From positions 1-17,320 of IMG/VR virus record IMGVR_UViG_2563366829_000011: a stretch of DNA of 17,320 bases. One strand, written 5' to 3'. Position numbers and translations under genes: made by a program. Source of the DNA: a virus (taxonomy: Duplodnaviria; Heunggongvirae; Uroviricota; Caudoviricetes). Below, piece after piece: positions 1 through 7,941 of the stretch. Below the pieces are notes generated by a model, which made no database searches, was not told where the DNA came from, and saw only the letters and a list, made by a program, of their open reading frames with translations. Numbering within the stretch: position 1 is the first letter of the stretch; each line of letters starts with the position of its first letter.

Positions 1-147
1 ATCATCAGTGTGACGACTGCGGCGGCCATCCATCCAGTCATCGGTTCGTCTGAGAATGACGTGCAACTGCGCACGCGACACCCGGAGACAACGGCTGACT
101 AAGCTTCCCCCCCATCCCCGGGCAATAAGGGCGCGTGCGTTATCCAC
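1..147 (-). CDS. insD: IS2 transposase OrfB (InsD-like), N-terminal part only; continues beyond window start
   Basis: Minus-strand frame from GTG (reverse complement of 145-147) reads [49 protein letters not shown], matching the recalled IS2 OrfB N-terminus. It overlaps the orfA 3' end in the -1 frame. Confidence 0.6.
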   Translation of the reverse strand, partial: MDNARALIARGWGGSLVSRCLRVSRAQLHVILRRTDDWMDGRRSRHTDD

Positions 148-470
148 TTTTTTGCCCGTCCATATTCAACGGCTTCTTTGAGGAGTTCATTTTCCATCGT
201 TTTCTTGCCGAGCAGGCGCTGGAGTTCTTTAATCTGCTTCATGGCGGCAGCAAGTTCAGAGGCAGGAACAACCTGTTCTCCGGCGGCGACAGCAGTAAGA
301 CTTCCTTCCTGGTATTGCTTACGCCAGAGAAATAACTGGCTGGCTGCTACACCATGTTGCCGGGCAACGAGGGAGACCGTCATCCCTGGTTCAAAGCTCT
401 GCTGAACAATTGCGATCTTTTCCTGTGTGGTACGCCGTCTGCGTTTCTCCGGTCCTAAGACATCAATCAT
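99..470 (-). CDS. insC: IS2 OrfA (InsC-like HTH protein), 123 aa
   Basis: Protein [54 protein letters not shown]... recognised as IS2 OrfA. The ORF track extends upstream into the inverted repeat; the ATG at 468-470 (minus) matches the canonical start. Confidence 0.85.
   Translation of the reverse strand: MIDVLGPEKRRRRTTQEKIAIVQQSFEPGMTVSLVARQHGVAASQLFLWRKQYQEGSLTAVAAGEQVVPASELAAAMKQIKELQRLLGKKTMENELLKEAVEYGRAKKWITHAPLLPGDGGEA
147..153 (-). other. Putative programmed -1 ribosomal frameshift slippery site (AAAAAAG on minus strand) joining IS2 orfA to orfB
   Basis: Minus-strand sequence GGCAAAAAAGTGGATA lies at the orfA/orfB overlap. IS3-family elements use A6G slippery heptamers (established knowledge). 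Confidence 0.5.
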
Positions 471-561
471 CTGCTCTCCAATGACTAGTCTAAAAACTAG
501 TATTAAGACTATCACTTAAATAAGTGATATTGGTTGTCTGGTGATTCAGGGGGCCAGTCTA

Positions 562-1010
562 CTTGGATTATCCAGGTAAAGCGTTTCTCCATGCAGCAGT
601 TCATTCCGGTAGTTTAAGATATCGCTATAACGAATATGTGATATCGGGGTACTTTCACAAATTATTATTCTGAGTGTTTTTAATTGTGATTTCGTTTTCT
701 TCATTGTGTTTGTTGTTAACTCTGTCTCTTTAATTTTTGTCCAGATATCACAAAGCTCTCCGAACGTTTTTATGACTCTCGTTGTCACCATTTTTGCCCC
801 AGTGCTGGACTGGGGAAAACGTCTTAAATACTCAAATTCACCGGAGTTTATTTCATGAACTATCAGCGCTCTTAAATTTCCGGCCTTTTTAATATTACTG
901 TTTGTAATCTCCCAGCCTTTTAATGTTTCCCGACATCGTTTTCCTCGAAACATGAACCAGATGCGAATGTATCTACCTCTAATCTCGACACCTGTTGGTA
1001 ATTTAGACAT
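562..1010 (-). pseudogene. intR: Rac-type prophage integrase, N-terminal 149 codons only (arm-binding domain); 3' part removed by the IS2 insertion
   Basis: Translation MSKLPTGVEIRGRYIRIWFMFRGKRCRETLKGWEITNSNIKKAGNLRALIVHEINSGEFEYLRRFPQSS... matches the IntR N-terminus from memory. The frame runs into the IS2 end, adding the IS-derived residues SRLAP before a stop. Confidence 0.85.
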
Positions 1011-1011
1011 A

Positions 1012-1227
1012 TCATGAGTCTTTGATAAACTGATTTATCTTTGGATAGTTGTACCAGATAATCCCTCGTTTGCTGTCTGGCTTACCTAAAGGAGATACTC
1101 GTTTGAAGTGGAAGCCCTCCACCCAACAGTTCTGGCGGTATGCTTCAATTTGTCTGGCCCCCAGACCAGTGCGAAGCATCAGGCCGTATTCAACCATCCA
1201 CTCTTCATTAAAGATTACTTGTGCCAT
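1012..1227 (-). CDS. xisR: Excisionase-like protein (XisR/YdaQ), 71 aa
   Basis: [80 protein letters not shown] lies upstream of the ATG at 1225-1227 (minus). Sits immediately upstream of int, as in Rac. Confidence 0.8.
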   Translation of the reverse strand: MAQVIFNEEWMVEYGLMLRTGLGARQIEAYRQNCWVEGFHFKRVSPLGKPDSKRGIIWYNYPKINQFIKDS

Positions 1228-1278
1228 CGCATCACCTCTGGCAGGCGCCAATGTTAGACTGAAATTGACGCCCGATGT

Positions 1279-1294
1279 TGATTATTAATAATCA
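1279..1294. repeat. Perfect 16 bp AT-rich palindrome TGATTATTAATAATCA between ydaC stop and xisR start
   Basis: Seen directly; the sequence is its own reverse complement. It lies about 52-67 bp upstream of the xisR start codon. Confidence 0.6.
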
Positions 1295-1305
1295 GCTATG
1301 AAGTT

Positions 1306-1515
1306 TTAATTTGAATACAATGCAATTCTCGAGGACTGAAGTTTCTCGCAATTAAAATTTATCAGTTTTACTTTCTGCTCTCTGGAAACGCCTGCTTCTT
1401 TTTTACCTGAGAGCATTTTTTCGCATTCTGATTTCGTTAGTTTAGATTTTGAATATCTTGTCCAGTTAGTAGGAGTGCCACCTTCCTTTTCAATAGTGGC
1501 GGTAATTTTATACAT
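1306..1515 (-). CDS. ydaC: YdaC-like small protein, 69 aa
   Basis: MYKITATIEKEGGTPTNWTRYSKSKLTKSECEKMLSGKKEAGVSREQKVKLINFNCEKLQSSRIALYSN. Strong SD GGAGGTG precedes the ATG at 1513-1515 (minus). The ORF-track start further upstream was rejected. Confidence 0.75.
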   Translation of the reverse strand: MYKITATIEKEGGTPTNWTRYSKSKLTKSECEKMLSGKKEAGVSREQKVKLINFNCEKLQSSRIALYSN

Positions 1516-1702
1516 GAACACCTCCATTATTATTTCCAGTGGTTCGTTTATTCCATCTTTCGAGTGCTTCTTTTTCACTTCCACCATAACCGGTTCGGGA
1601 TTCGCATCCGTTACACTTCGCTCGGTAATATCCTGAAATGGCTTTCACCGTTACTGATGGACAACCACAAAATGGACATGGTTTAACATTGTCATATCTC
1701 AT
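1508..1702 (-). CDS. ralR: Restriction-alleviation protein Lar/RalR, 64 aa, Cys-rich
   Basis: MRYDNVKPCPFCGCPSVTVKAISGYYRAKCNGCESRTGYGGSEKEALERWNKRTTGNNNGGVHV, recognised as Rac Lar/RalR. An alternative upstream ATG at 1714 lacks an SD. Confidence 0.85.
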   Translation of the reverse strand: MRYDNVKPCPFCGCPSVTVKAISGYYRAKCNGCESRTGYGGSEKEALERWNKRTTGNNNGGVHV

Positions 1703-1730
1703 AATTTTTCTCATAAAAAATATTTCAAGT

Positions 1731-1751
1731 TGGCGGTGCATTACACCGCCA
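1731..1751 (-). other. Stem-loop (8 bp stem TGGCGGTG/CACCGCCA, 5 nt loop) between recT stop and ralR start
   Basis: Seen directly. On the minus-strand transcript it follows the recT stop codon and is followed about 13 nt later by a U6 run. Confidence 0.4.
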
Positions 1752-1758
1752 GGCTGAA

Positions 1759-2568
1759 TTATTCCTCTGAATTATCGATTACACTGTATTCCCCGGTTAA
1801 TACAGAGGAATCTGCAGGATCGATTGTCAGTGGTTCCTTTTCATCCATTGATACTGCACGCTGGATCTCAATTGATACGGGCAGATATTTGAACAGGCGA
1901 CGAATAGCCGTTTTCTTTGCCATTTCTTCCCAGTGAGTTACCCACGGCCCGTTATTACCAGCTTTACTCAGGCTGCGCACCAGCTCAATCTGTTTGCGCG
2001 TCATAACTTCAAACTGAGTACCTCCGTCTTTCAGTCTTGCGACAGCATAGACGTGGGTAACCGGGGCATCTTCGTTTTCTCCCGGGCGGTGTATTAACTT
2101 TTCATCAAGGCCAAATTCGAAGCTAAACTCGTCACCTTCACGGACAACACGGGCTGACAGGCTGGCGATTTGACCAGAACGGCGAGCCAGATCAATCATG
2201 CCGCGATAGCCAATGATTAGCTGAACGTTCTTTTTACCGCTCTTTTCGTTTTTATTACCAAAAGGCAGTAAATATGCATGACCGAGGGCGCTACCTGGCT
2301 CAAGTCCGAGCTGTGAACACTGTACGATCGCACTGACAAAACTCATAGTGTCACAGTTTCCTAACGCCGGAACTTTACGAATTTCTGTAGTGGCGATACG
2401 GATCATACGTTCAGCCGTCATATGGCGTGGAAGAGCTGCTGCCAGTTGCTCTTTCATTGATGGCTGGTTAATAAAACTAATCACGTCGCTATTTTTAACT
2501 GCTGCTGGTGCACGGTTTCCCTGAGTTTTTTGCAGATCGGCTTTTGCGATTGGTGGTTGCTTAGTCAT
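1759..2568 (-). CDS. recT: RecT single-strand annealing recombinase, 269 aa
   Basis: [66 protein letters not shown]... matches RecT. SD AAGGAA lies upstream of the ATG at 2566-2568 (minus). The start overlaps the recE stop by 8 nt. Confidence 0.95.
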   Translation of the reverse strand: MTKQPPIAKADLQKTQGNRAPAAVKNSDVISFINQPSMKEQLAAALPRHMTAERMIRIATTEIRKVPALGNCDTMSFVSAIVQCSQLGLEPGSALGHAYLLPFGNKNEKSGKKNVQLIIGYRGMIDLARRSGQIASLSARVVREGDEFSFEFGLDEKLIHRPGENEDAPVTHVYAVARLKDGGTQFEVMTRKQIELVRSLSKAGNNGPWVTHWEEMAKKTAIRRLFKYLPVSIEIQRAVSMDEKEPLTIDPADSSVLTGEYSVIDNSEE

Positions 2569-5161
2569 TTGCATATTCCTTAGCCCAGCGGGGCAGTGAT
2601 AATGTCTTAATAGCTGGCCATTCATCGGTATTCAGGCAGTCAGACAGGGTTCGCAGATTGCGGTGATATTCCTGTTGACCTGCCAGTTTTGCTTCTTCGC
2701 CCATCATGAAAATTTCAACCGGATAACGTCCGCATTCAATAGTTGTGCTGGCAACCAGAAAAACGAAAGTTGGCTGCACTCCAAACAGTGCTTCATAACC
2801 GTCACTGTAGAATGCATCCTGAACGTGATAGCGGTAGTCGTAATAAGCGGTTTTGAATCGTTGAATATCCGCCGTAGTTTTCACGTCCATGATCCAGTGA
2901 AATTCAGGGATAATTTTGTCCGGACGGCACCGACACAAAATTCCTGTTTCAGGATCTTCCCAGTAAATTGATGATTCAGCGTGTCCGGCGCTTTCAACAA
3001 GCCATTGCCCCAGCGGCAAAGCCATAACGCTTTGATACATGAGTTCAATTTTCCGGCCTTCTTCCGCAGTGATAACCGTTTTTCCTGTGCTTGCGCATTC
3101 CATCAGAAACGCTTTCTCTTCTTCTTTTCCGGCGTTTGTACGGCGGTTAAATTCAGGTGCTACGATAAAGCGGTTACTGAATTCTTCCGGTTCAAGTACC
3201 CGGCAGTGGAAAGCAGTTCCTAAATCGAGCGTTTTTGTCTTTGTGGTGTCCACGGGGGCATTTTTACGCCACAAATATAGTGCCGGAGTATCAGCAATGT
3301 CATCGAGCTGAGACTTACTGATACCGGGACCCGCGTGGTAATTCTCATTCGAAATTCCGTAATAAATACCTGGCTCTATGTCTTCTACGATTACGGGATC
3401 TGCGACTTCGCCAGTTTCATCACTGCAATCGTGATGCGGATCGCTGCCAGCATTCTCATTGTGCGGATGTTCAGCGCCTTCCATTTCCTCCGGATCATTT
3501 TCCTTAGCTTCAACCTGACTCTCTTCATCGAATGTTTCCTGGTATGTTGCGTCGCCCATCACCGCACCACAGTCAGGGCAGTTATCCCCGCCAGTCTGGC
3601 CGCAGGCATTGCAGGCTATTTCCGGTTCCTGTTGCACTACTGGCTCAGGTTGATTCATATCTGGGCTGGTTTTTTCCGTTTCTGGCTGGTTCTGGTACAC
3701 ACAATCGCGAGTCTGGATCCCCTTTACCCATTTCGGATCGTTCGGGTCGCTAATTCCGTCAACAAATTCACCACGTGATGCAGCAAGCAATTTATCGGCA
3801 TCGACAGGATTTTTTGATGGAATGTTTTTCCGGGCTTCATGGAGTTCTGCCCGCAGTTCCTGATATTTCGCATCAACAGAATTTACCTGTGACTGAGCAT
3901 CCAGCGGCTGCGTGTCCTGATGATGTTCAGTTGCGTCCGGTTCCATTGTTTCAGCCTCTCCCTGTTCAACTGCCGTTGTTCCAGATGGTTGCGGTTTTTC
4001 TTCATCATCCTGTTTTCCTTCTTCTGTTACTCGCTGCGGCATCGGGGCAGAGGAGCGACCGCAGGCAATATCCACGATTTCCGGATCAGGGTTGGCATGA
4101 TCGGTTTCAGTCAGTACTTTGTTCAGATATTCAGTGACGTGCGCGGGGATGACCTCGATCCCAATTGGTGCTTCTTTTACGGACGCAACCACGATGGCGC
4201 GGGAATAATCCAGCCCGCCAGGCATGGTGATGAATTTGTCGCGGAAAACAGAAAAGGGCGGTTTATTTTCAGCGATAATTTCCTCAATGCGTTTAGCGTG
4301 TGCCGGATGAAGGTTATAGATGTCCAGATCCATTGAACGGGCCAGTACGCCAGTGGCTACGTCGCGCGCCAGTGACGTCAGATCGTGTACGAAACCTTCG
4401 CCGCGATCGGTGAGGTTTCCGCCGCCAGCATTAGCACCGGAAGCCGTGCGAGTGATGTGTGAAACACGATTACCCTTCATCCACTCTTTTGTCAGCAGTC
4501 CTCGATCGGTGTAGTCAGCGTTCAGGTATGCTTCGAAAAAAGCAGTTATCAGTCCCAGGTTTGAATTACCAGGATTAGGGAAAACTTTGTCAGTGTCACG
4601 AACCAGTTTGTGGAGTTCGCGAATTTCCAGCGGGTCGAGCAGGCTGGTTTTGTGGGAAACAGCCAGGGCAGTAACAGCCGGTAGTTCTTCAGCCCGAGCA
4701 ATGTGTAATGCCTGGAGTCCGTCGCGTGAAACGTGCGTTACCGGTTTTTCGCTGCCGTGTTGAGCAAGCCAACGAATGGGCAGTTCCTGGCCAGAAATTG
4801 GGAGTAGCATATTCTCCTCAATCTCAGTCATGTCTTCGCCGTTGACGTTGGTATTGCCTTGATAATGAGCGTTGTCTGGTGCTGCTCCCGGTTTTAGTTC
4901 CCATGTCATGGAGTCTTTGCTGAGTTGATAGCGTTCACTCCAGGTAAAATCGATCTCACCTTCAGCGGGCAGGTCATTAACGACAGGAAAATTCGTGGCA
5001 ACAGCTTTAAAATAGCTGCTCAGTTTTTTACCTGACTTAACGATCAGGTAGTCCAGAGTGGCACAGGTCGATTCAAAATCGTTGCTTGCCCACAGGACGA
5101 CGTCAGGTTCACCGGATGATTTTTTCGCTTTCCGTAACAGGAAGAGTGGTTTTGTGCTCAT
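2561..5161 (-). CDS. recE: RecE exonuclease VIII, 866 aa
   Basis: 866 aa [49 protein letters not shown]... recognised as full-length RecE. SD GAGG lies upstream. Confidence 0.95.
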   Translation of the reverse strand: MSTKPLFLLRKAKKSSGEPDVVLWASNDFESTCATLDYLIVKSGKKLSSYFKAVATNFPVVNDLPAEGEIDFTWSERYQLSKDSMTWELKPGAAPDNAHYQGNTNVNGEDMTEIEENMLLPISGQELPIRWLAQHGSEKPVTHVSRDGLQALHIARAEELPAVTALAVSHKTSLLDPLEIRELHKLVRDTDKVFPNPGNSNLGLITAFFEAYLNADYTDRGLLTKEWMKGNRVSHITRTASGANAGGGNLTDRGEGFVHDLTSLARDVATGVLARSMDLDIYNLHPAHAKRIEEIIAENKPPFSVFRDKFITMPGGLDYSRAIVVASVKEAPIGIEVIPAHVTEYLNKVLTETDHANPDPEIVDIACGRSSAPMPQRVTEEGKQDDEEKPQPSGTTAVEQGEAETMEPDATEHHQDTQPLDAQSQVNSVDAKYQELRAELHEARKNIPSKNPVDADKLLAASRGEFVDGISDPNDPKWVKGIQTRDCVYQNQPETEKTSPDMNQPEPVVQQEPEIACNACGQTGGDNCPDCGAVMGDATYQETFDEESQVEAKENDPEEMEGAEHPHNENAGSDPHHDCSDETGEVADPVIVEDIEPGIYYGISNENYHAGPGISKSQLDDIADTPALYLWRKNAPVDTTKTKTLDLGTAFHCRVLEPEEFSNRFIVAPEFNRRTNAGKEEEKAFLMECASTGKTVITAEEGRKIELMYQSVMALPLGQWLVESAGHAESSIYWEDPETGILCRCRPDKIIPEFHWIMDVKTTADIQRFKTAYYDYRYHVQDAFYSDGYEALFGVQPTFVFLVASTTIECGRYPVEIFMMGEEAKLAGQQEYHRNLRTLSDCLNTDEWPAIKTLSLPRWAKEYAND

Positions 5162-5232
5162 TGTTTTTTAACCTCAACTCAGATTAAAATTCGTTTTGTT
5201 CAGTGAATGATCTTGCCGGATACACACTGTTC

Positions 5233-5263
5233 ATAGCCTGCGCCATACGCAGGCTATTTCTTT
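5233..5263 (+). other. Hairpin (10 bp stem ATAGCCTGCG/CGCAGGCTAT, loop CCATA) followed by a T-rich tract on the plus strand, in the racC-recE spacer
   Basis: Seen directly at 5233-5257, followed by TTCTTTC. In the plus orientation it looks like an intrinsic terminator; on the minus (gene) strand it is a stable stem immediately after the racC stop with no U tract. Confidence 0.4.
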
Positions 5264-5538
5264 CAGATTTCACCTTTTAATTTCATTGCAATTAGAGTTG
5301 CCAGAAATTCGGCTTTTTTTTCTGCGGGCAGATTCTTTCCGATATGCACCAGGCACATTTTTTTGACACCTTCATCAAGTGTTTTTACGTTGCCTGATGG
5401 ACCATCGATATCAACCACAGTGAATGGGGTTTCTTTATTTTCTGTTTTAATTACGTAGCCAATGCGCTTTCCTTCCAGATTCACCTCGTGAACAATGTCA
5501 TCGGTAGTTACAACAGTGGCTTCATAATTGGTAATCAT
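5263..5538 (-). CDS. racC: RacC, 91 aa
   Basis: MITNYEATVVTTDDIVHEVNLEGKRIGYVIKTENKETPFTVVDIDGPSGNVKTLDEGVKKMCLVHIGKNLPAEKKAEFLATLIAMKLKGEI. SD AGGAG precedes the ATG at 5536-5538 (minus). Confidence 0.85.
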   Translation of the reverse strand: MITNYEATVVTTDDIVHEVNLEGKRIGYVIKTENKETPFTVVDIDGPSGNVKTLDEGVKKMCLVHIGKNLPAEKKAEFLATLIAMKLKGEI

Positions 5539-5612
5539 GTTTTTCTCCTTAATTAAGGTTGAGCGAATACCTGCCATTTCTGGCATAAATTCAGTTTCGA
5601 ATAGTCAATTAA

Positions 5613-5783
5613 TTAAAGTTCATGTGCCATCTGGTCTTTTTCGGCACAAGCTTCACTGCAATATTTTCTCGGTTCGTCTTTTGATAAAATCCCGTGCATG
5701 AAGTGAAGCATTCTTTCAATAGCTTTGCTTTCTTCAACGTCTTTTTTGCAAAGGTGGTAAGCACATTTTGTTTTCTTAGTCAT
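5613..5783 (-). CDS. ydaE: YdaE-like small Cys-rich (zinc-binding type) protein, 56 aa
   Basis: Below the ORF-track size cutoff. Minus-strand translation [62 protein letters not shown] upstream; the start overlaps the kilR stop (TGATG). Confidence 0.8.
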   Translation of the reverse strand: MTKKTKCAYHLCKKDVEESKAIERMLHFMHGILSKDEPRKYCSEACAEKDQMAHEL

Positions 5784-6004
5784 CACCATGACTCCGCCTT
5801 TACAGGTAAACCATCACAACCGAGGAAGACTTTAATCATGCGGTCAGTAATGCATGTTTTTGTGGTCAGGTTACGAATATATAGTTTTCGCTTTTTAATA
5901 TTGTTTGCCGAGGCAATATATGTCCGGCCTTCATGAAGAACATAATCGCCAGGAGTCACACACTGACGTGGTATTTCATCAGTTCCGAAGTGATGTGCAA
6001 TCAT
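5783..6004 (-). CDS. kilR: KilR, Rac cell-division inhibitor, 73 aa
   Basis: [79 protein letters not shown] lies 6 nt upstream of the ATG at 6002-6004 (minus); the ORF-track start at 6016 has no SD. Confidence 0.85.
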   Translation of the reverse strand: MIAHHFGTDEIPRQCVTPGDYVLHEGRTYIASANNIKKRKLYIRNLTTKTCITDRMIKVFLGCDGLPVKAESW

Positions 6005-6176
6005 AATTATCTCCATTTTTACAAATGAACTTTGTTGATGCGGTGTCTGGTGCCTCCAGGTGACTGCAACCAGTTAACAATTACAGTCGGCTTTCCCACC
6101 CAAACCAATAAGGACTAACATGACTTTTAACTGTGCCACGTGCGCTTAGCCGCATTCACCGCATCACAAAATTCAC

Positions 6177-6227
6177 TTTAAAAAGGGCGGACATCAGCCG
6201 AACTTCAAGAAAAAAACTGATGCCGCC
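6177..6227 (-). terminator. Candidate intrinsic terminator for leftward transcription upstream of kilR: 11 bp stem with one bulge, 19 nt loop, then U5 on the minus strand
   Basis: Arms GGCGGACATCAG (6186-6197) and CTGATGCCGCC (6217-6227). Minus-strand RNA after the stem reads CUUUUUAAAG. The long loop weakens the call. Confidence 0.3.
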
Positions 6228-6383
6228 AGGACTACACACAGCAATGTCGTTATTTACAACCGGAGGCGCACTCCCACCATTTAAATTTAACAGACAAGAC
6301 CGACTCTTTATGGATATCGGAAATGCGCCTTCGTGTTGTGCCCGGTTTTATTTCACCACCTCCGGGCTTCGGTGGTCTCGGCT

Positions 6384-6430
6384 ATACCCCTACAGCGAGA
6401 GCTTGTGTTAACATTTCAATACCCTTACAG
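6384..6430 (+). promoter_or_regulatory. Direct repeat ATACCC(C/T)TACAG x2 (6384-6395 and 6419-6430) immediately upstream of sieB; possible promoter or operator
   Basis: Seen directly, 11 of 12 identical, 35 bp apart, ending 16 bp before the sieB ATG. A TTGTGT -35-like hexamer lies between the copies. Confidence 0.3.
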
Positions 6431-6445
6431 TTGAGAGTTATTGAT

Positions 6446-6934
6446 ATGTTGGATGTATTTACTCCATTGTTGAAACTTTTTGCTAACGAGCCACTCGAAA
6501 GACTTATGTATACGATTATCATTTTTGGTCTCACTCTCTGGCTGATACCGAAAGAGTTTGCTGTCGCATTCAATGCTTATACTGAAATACCCTGGCTCTT
6601 TCAGATTATCGTTTTTGCCTTTTCTTTCGTGGTCGCTATTTCCTTCTCAAGATTGCGAGCACATATTCAAAAGCATTATTCATTGCTACCAGAGCAACGA
6701 GTATTGCTTCGTTTATCTGAGAAAGAAATCGCTGTATTTAAAGATTTCCTTAAAACAGGAAATCTTATTATCACTTCTCCTTGCCGTAACCCGGTTATGA
6801 AAAAATTAGAACGGAAGGGCATCATTCAACATCAGAGTGATAGCGCAAACTGTTCTTATTATCTCGTCACCGAAAAATACTCCCACTTTATGAAGTTATT
6901 CTGGAACAGCAGGAGCAGGCGTTTTAATCGTTAG
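6446..6934 (+). CDS. sieB: SieB superinfection-exclusion protein, 162 aa, predicted membrane protein
   Basis: MLDVFTPLLKLFANEPLERLMYTIIIFGLTLWLIPKEFAVAFNAYTEIPWLFQIIVFAFSFVVAISFS... with hydrophobic segments. SD GAGAG lies upstream of the ATG at 6446. The ORF-track start at 6323 was rejected. Confidence 0.85.
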   Translation: MLDVFTPLLKLFANEPLERLMYTIIIFGLTLWLIPKEFAVAFNAYTEIPWLFQIIVFAFSFVVAISFSRLRAHIQKHYSLLPEQRVLLRLSEKEIAVFKDFLKTGNLIITSPCRNPVMKKLERKGIIQHQSDSANCSYYLVTEKYSHFMKLFWNSRSRRFNR

Positions 6935-7086
6935 CTTACTGTGTGCTTCTCCAACCATCGTCGTGCGCCAGCTTCGGTTTTAAACGTTTTGCTTTTGGTA
7001 TACGTCATGGCAGTGAACGTTCCATCCTGGTTGGGGAACACGCCGCACACCAGGGATTCGTTATTGCCGAGGTCGATTTTTTGCAT
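6931..7086 (-). CDS. ydaF: YdaF-like small protein, 51 aa
   Basis: Below the ORF-track cutoff. Minus-strand translation MQKIDLGNNESLVCGVFPNQDGTFTAMTYTKSKTFKTEAGARRWLEKHTVS. SD GAGGTG upstream. Confidence 0.75.
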   Translation of the reverse strand: MQKIDLGNNESLVCGVFPNQDGTFTAMTYTKSKTFKTEAGARRWLEKHTVS

Positions 7087-7096
7087 TTTTCGCACC

Positions 7097-7231
7097 TCAC
7101 ATCTTGTTGTTGCGGATAGAGGCTTCTGCCTGCCAGAGATCCCAGTCGTTGCTGCGTAGAGCCTGTACAGCCTGGCTGTAAGTGATATCGCAACAATCCA
7201 TCAAATACTGAACTACTTCGTAATGCACCAT
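7097..7231 (-). CDS. ydaG: YdaG-like small protein, 44 aa
   Basis: MVHYEVVQYLMDCCDITYSQAVQALRSNDWDLWQAEASIRNNKM. SD GGGGAGAG lies upstream of the ATG at 7229-7231 (minus). Confidence 0.75.
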   Translation of the reverse strand: MVHYEVVQYLMDCCDITYSQAVQALRSNDWDLWQAEASIRNNKM

Positions 7232-7404
7232 CTTATCTCTCCCCTTAACGCCGGGTGGCGGAACTGAAACCTGCTGCACTGCAAAATCTGAACCCTGCCG
7301 TCATGTTCATACGCCTCGGGCTGGCTACTTAACCCCTGACCACTGCCTGGTAACTCGAAGTATTGCCCTGCGTTCTGTGGGGCGGGGTGGGTTGGTAGGT
7401 ATAT

Positions 7405-7446
7405 GATGTACTTTGTGTTCATTGATGTAAAGTACTTTAAGTACAT
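7405..7446. promoter_or_regulatory. Operator-like cluster downstream of racR and upstream of ydaG: ATGTACT at 7406, AAGTACT at 7430 (24 bp later), and a 13 bp palindrome GTACTTTAAGTAC at 7432-7444
   Basis: Seen directly. The same ATGTACT 7-mer pair with 24 bp spacing recurs in the racR-ydaS spacer. The position corresponds to the pL/oL region of a lambdoid immunity region (inference). Confidence 0.4.
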
Positions 7447-7521
7447 TTTGTGTGTAAAAAAATGAGATGGGATAAAGTGAAGCACAAACCCGGAGGGGGG
7501 AGCTACCGGATTTATGCTGGT

Positions 7522-7941
7522 TTAAGAGGCTTTTTGTTTTTTCTTTCGTGCTAACTCTTCGTAAATTGCATTGTACTTCTGTTTTTTCTCCTCAAGAGTT
7601 TTTAAAAGTTCATCTGTCTCACTGTCAGGGAGCTCGTCCAGAAGGTCAATGATGATTTTTTGTCTTGGATTTAACTCCTGATAGAAACGTACCTGTCCAC
7701 TTTCTTCTGTATCCTCTCCCAAAAGATAGGTTGGTGTTGTTCCAATGAGTGTTGCTAATTCCCTTAATTTCTCTCGGCGAGGAATTGTTTCGCCATTAAA
7801 CCATTTGCTAACCGCTTTTGGTGTTAATTTCATTCGACGGGCAATTTCTGCCTGCCTTCCATGTTGTTCATAACCAGCGTTTTCACAGGCTAGCGCAAGC
7901 CTACTGGCGAACTCTTTACGCGCTTTATCTTCATGAACCAT
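7522..7941 (-). CDS. racR: RacR prophage repressor (HTH, cI-like), 139 aa in this frame
   Basis: MVHEDKARKEFASRLALACENAGYEQHGRQAEIARRMKLTPKAVSKWFNGETIPRREKLRELATLIGTTPTYLLGEDTEE... An HTH lies in the N-terminal half. Divergent from ydaS. Confidence 0.9.
   Translation of the reverse strand: MVHEDKARKEFASRLALACENAGYEQHGRQAEIARRMKLTPKAVSKWFNGETIPRREKLRELATLIGTTPTYLLGEDTEESGQVRFYQELNPRQKIIIDLLDELPDSETDELLKTLEEKKQKYNAIYEELARKKKQKAS

Larger units (their letters stand above)
1..561 (-). mobile_element. IS2 insertion sequence, left copy, partial (runs off window start); its orfA-proximal terminal inverted repeat ends at 561 and faces the prophage interior
   Basis: Reverse complement of 521-561 reads TAGACTGGCCCCCTGAATCACCAGACAACCAATATCACTTA, the IS2 left-end repeat as I recall it. 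Contains IS2 OrfA and the start of OrfB. Reverse complement of 355-561 is identical to 17114-17320. Confidence 0.9.

Noticed and set aside
1049-1288. 79 aa plus-strand ORF opposite xisR
   Set aside because: Antisense to the excisionase-like gene, which has a strong SD, and has no RBS of its own.
2663-4514. Several plus-strand ORFs of 64-147 aa
   Set aside because: All are antisense or out of frame within recE, whose 866 aa frame is unambiguous. Their compositions are biased (F/S/L/R-rich) and none has an SD.
6133-6411. 92 aa plus-strand ORF in the kilR-sieB gap
   Set aside because: Starts at a GTG with no SD, has a proline/serine-rich low-complexity product, and overlaps the sieB promoter region. 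The gap is more likely regulatory.
7213-7485. 90 aa minus-strand ORF spanning the racR-ydaG spacer
   Set aside because: No SD, reads through the palindromic operator-like cluster, ends out of frame within ydaG, and has a low-complexity product.
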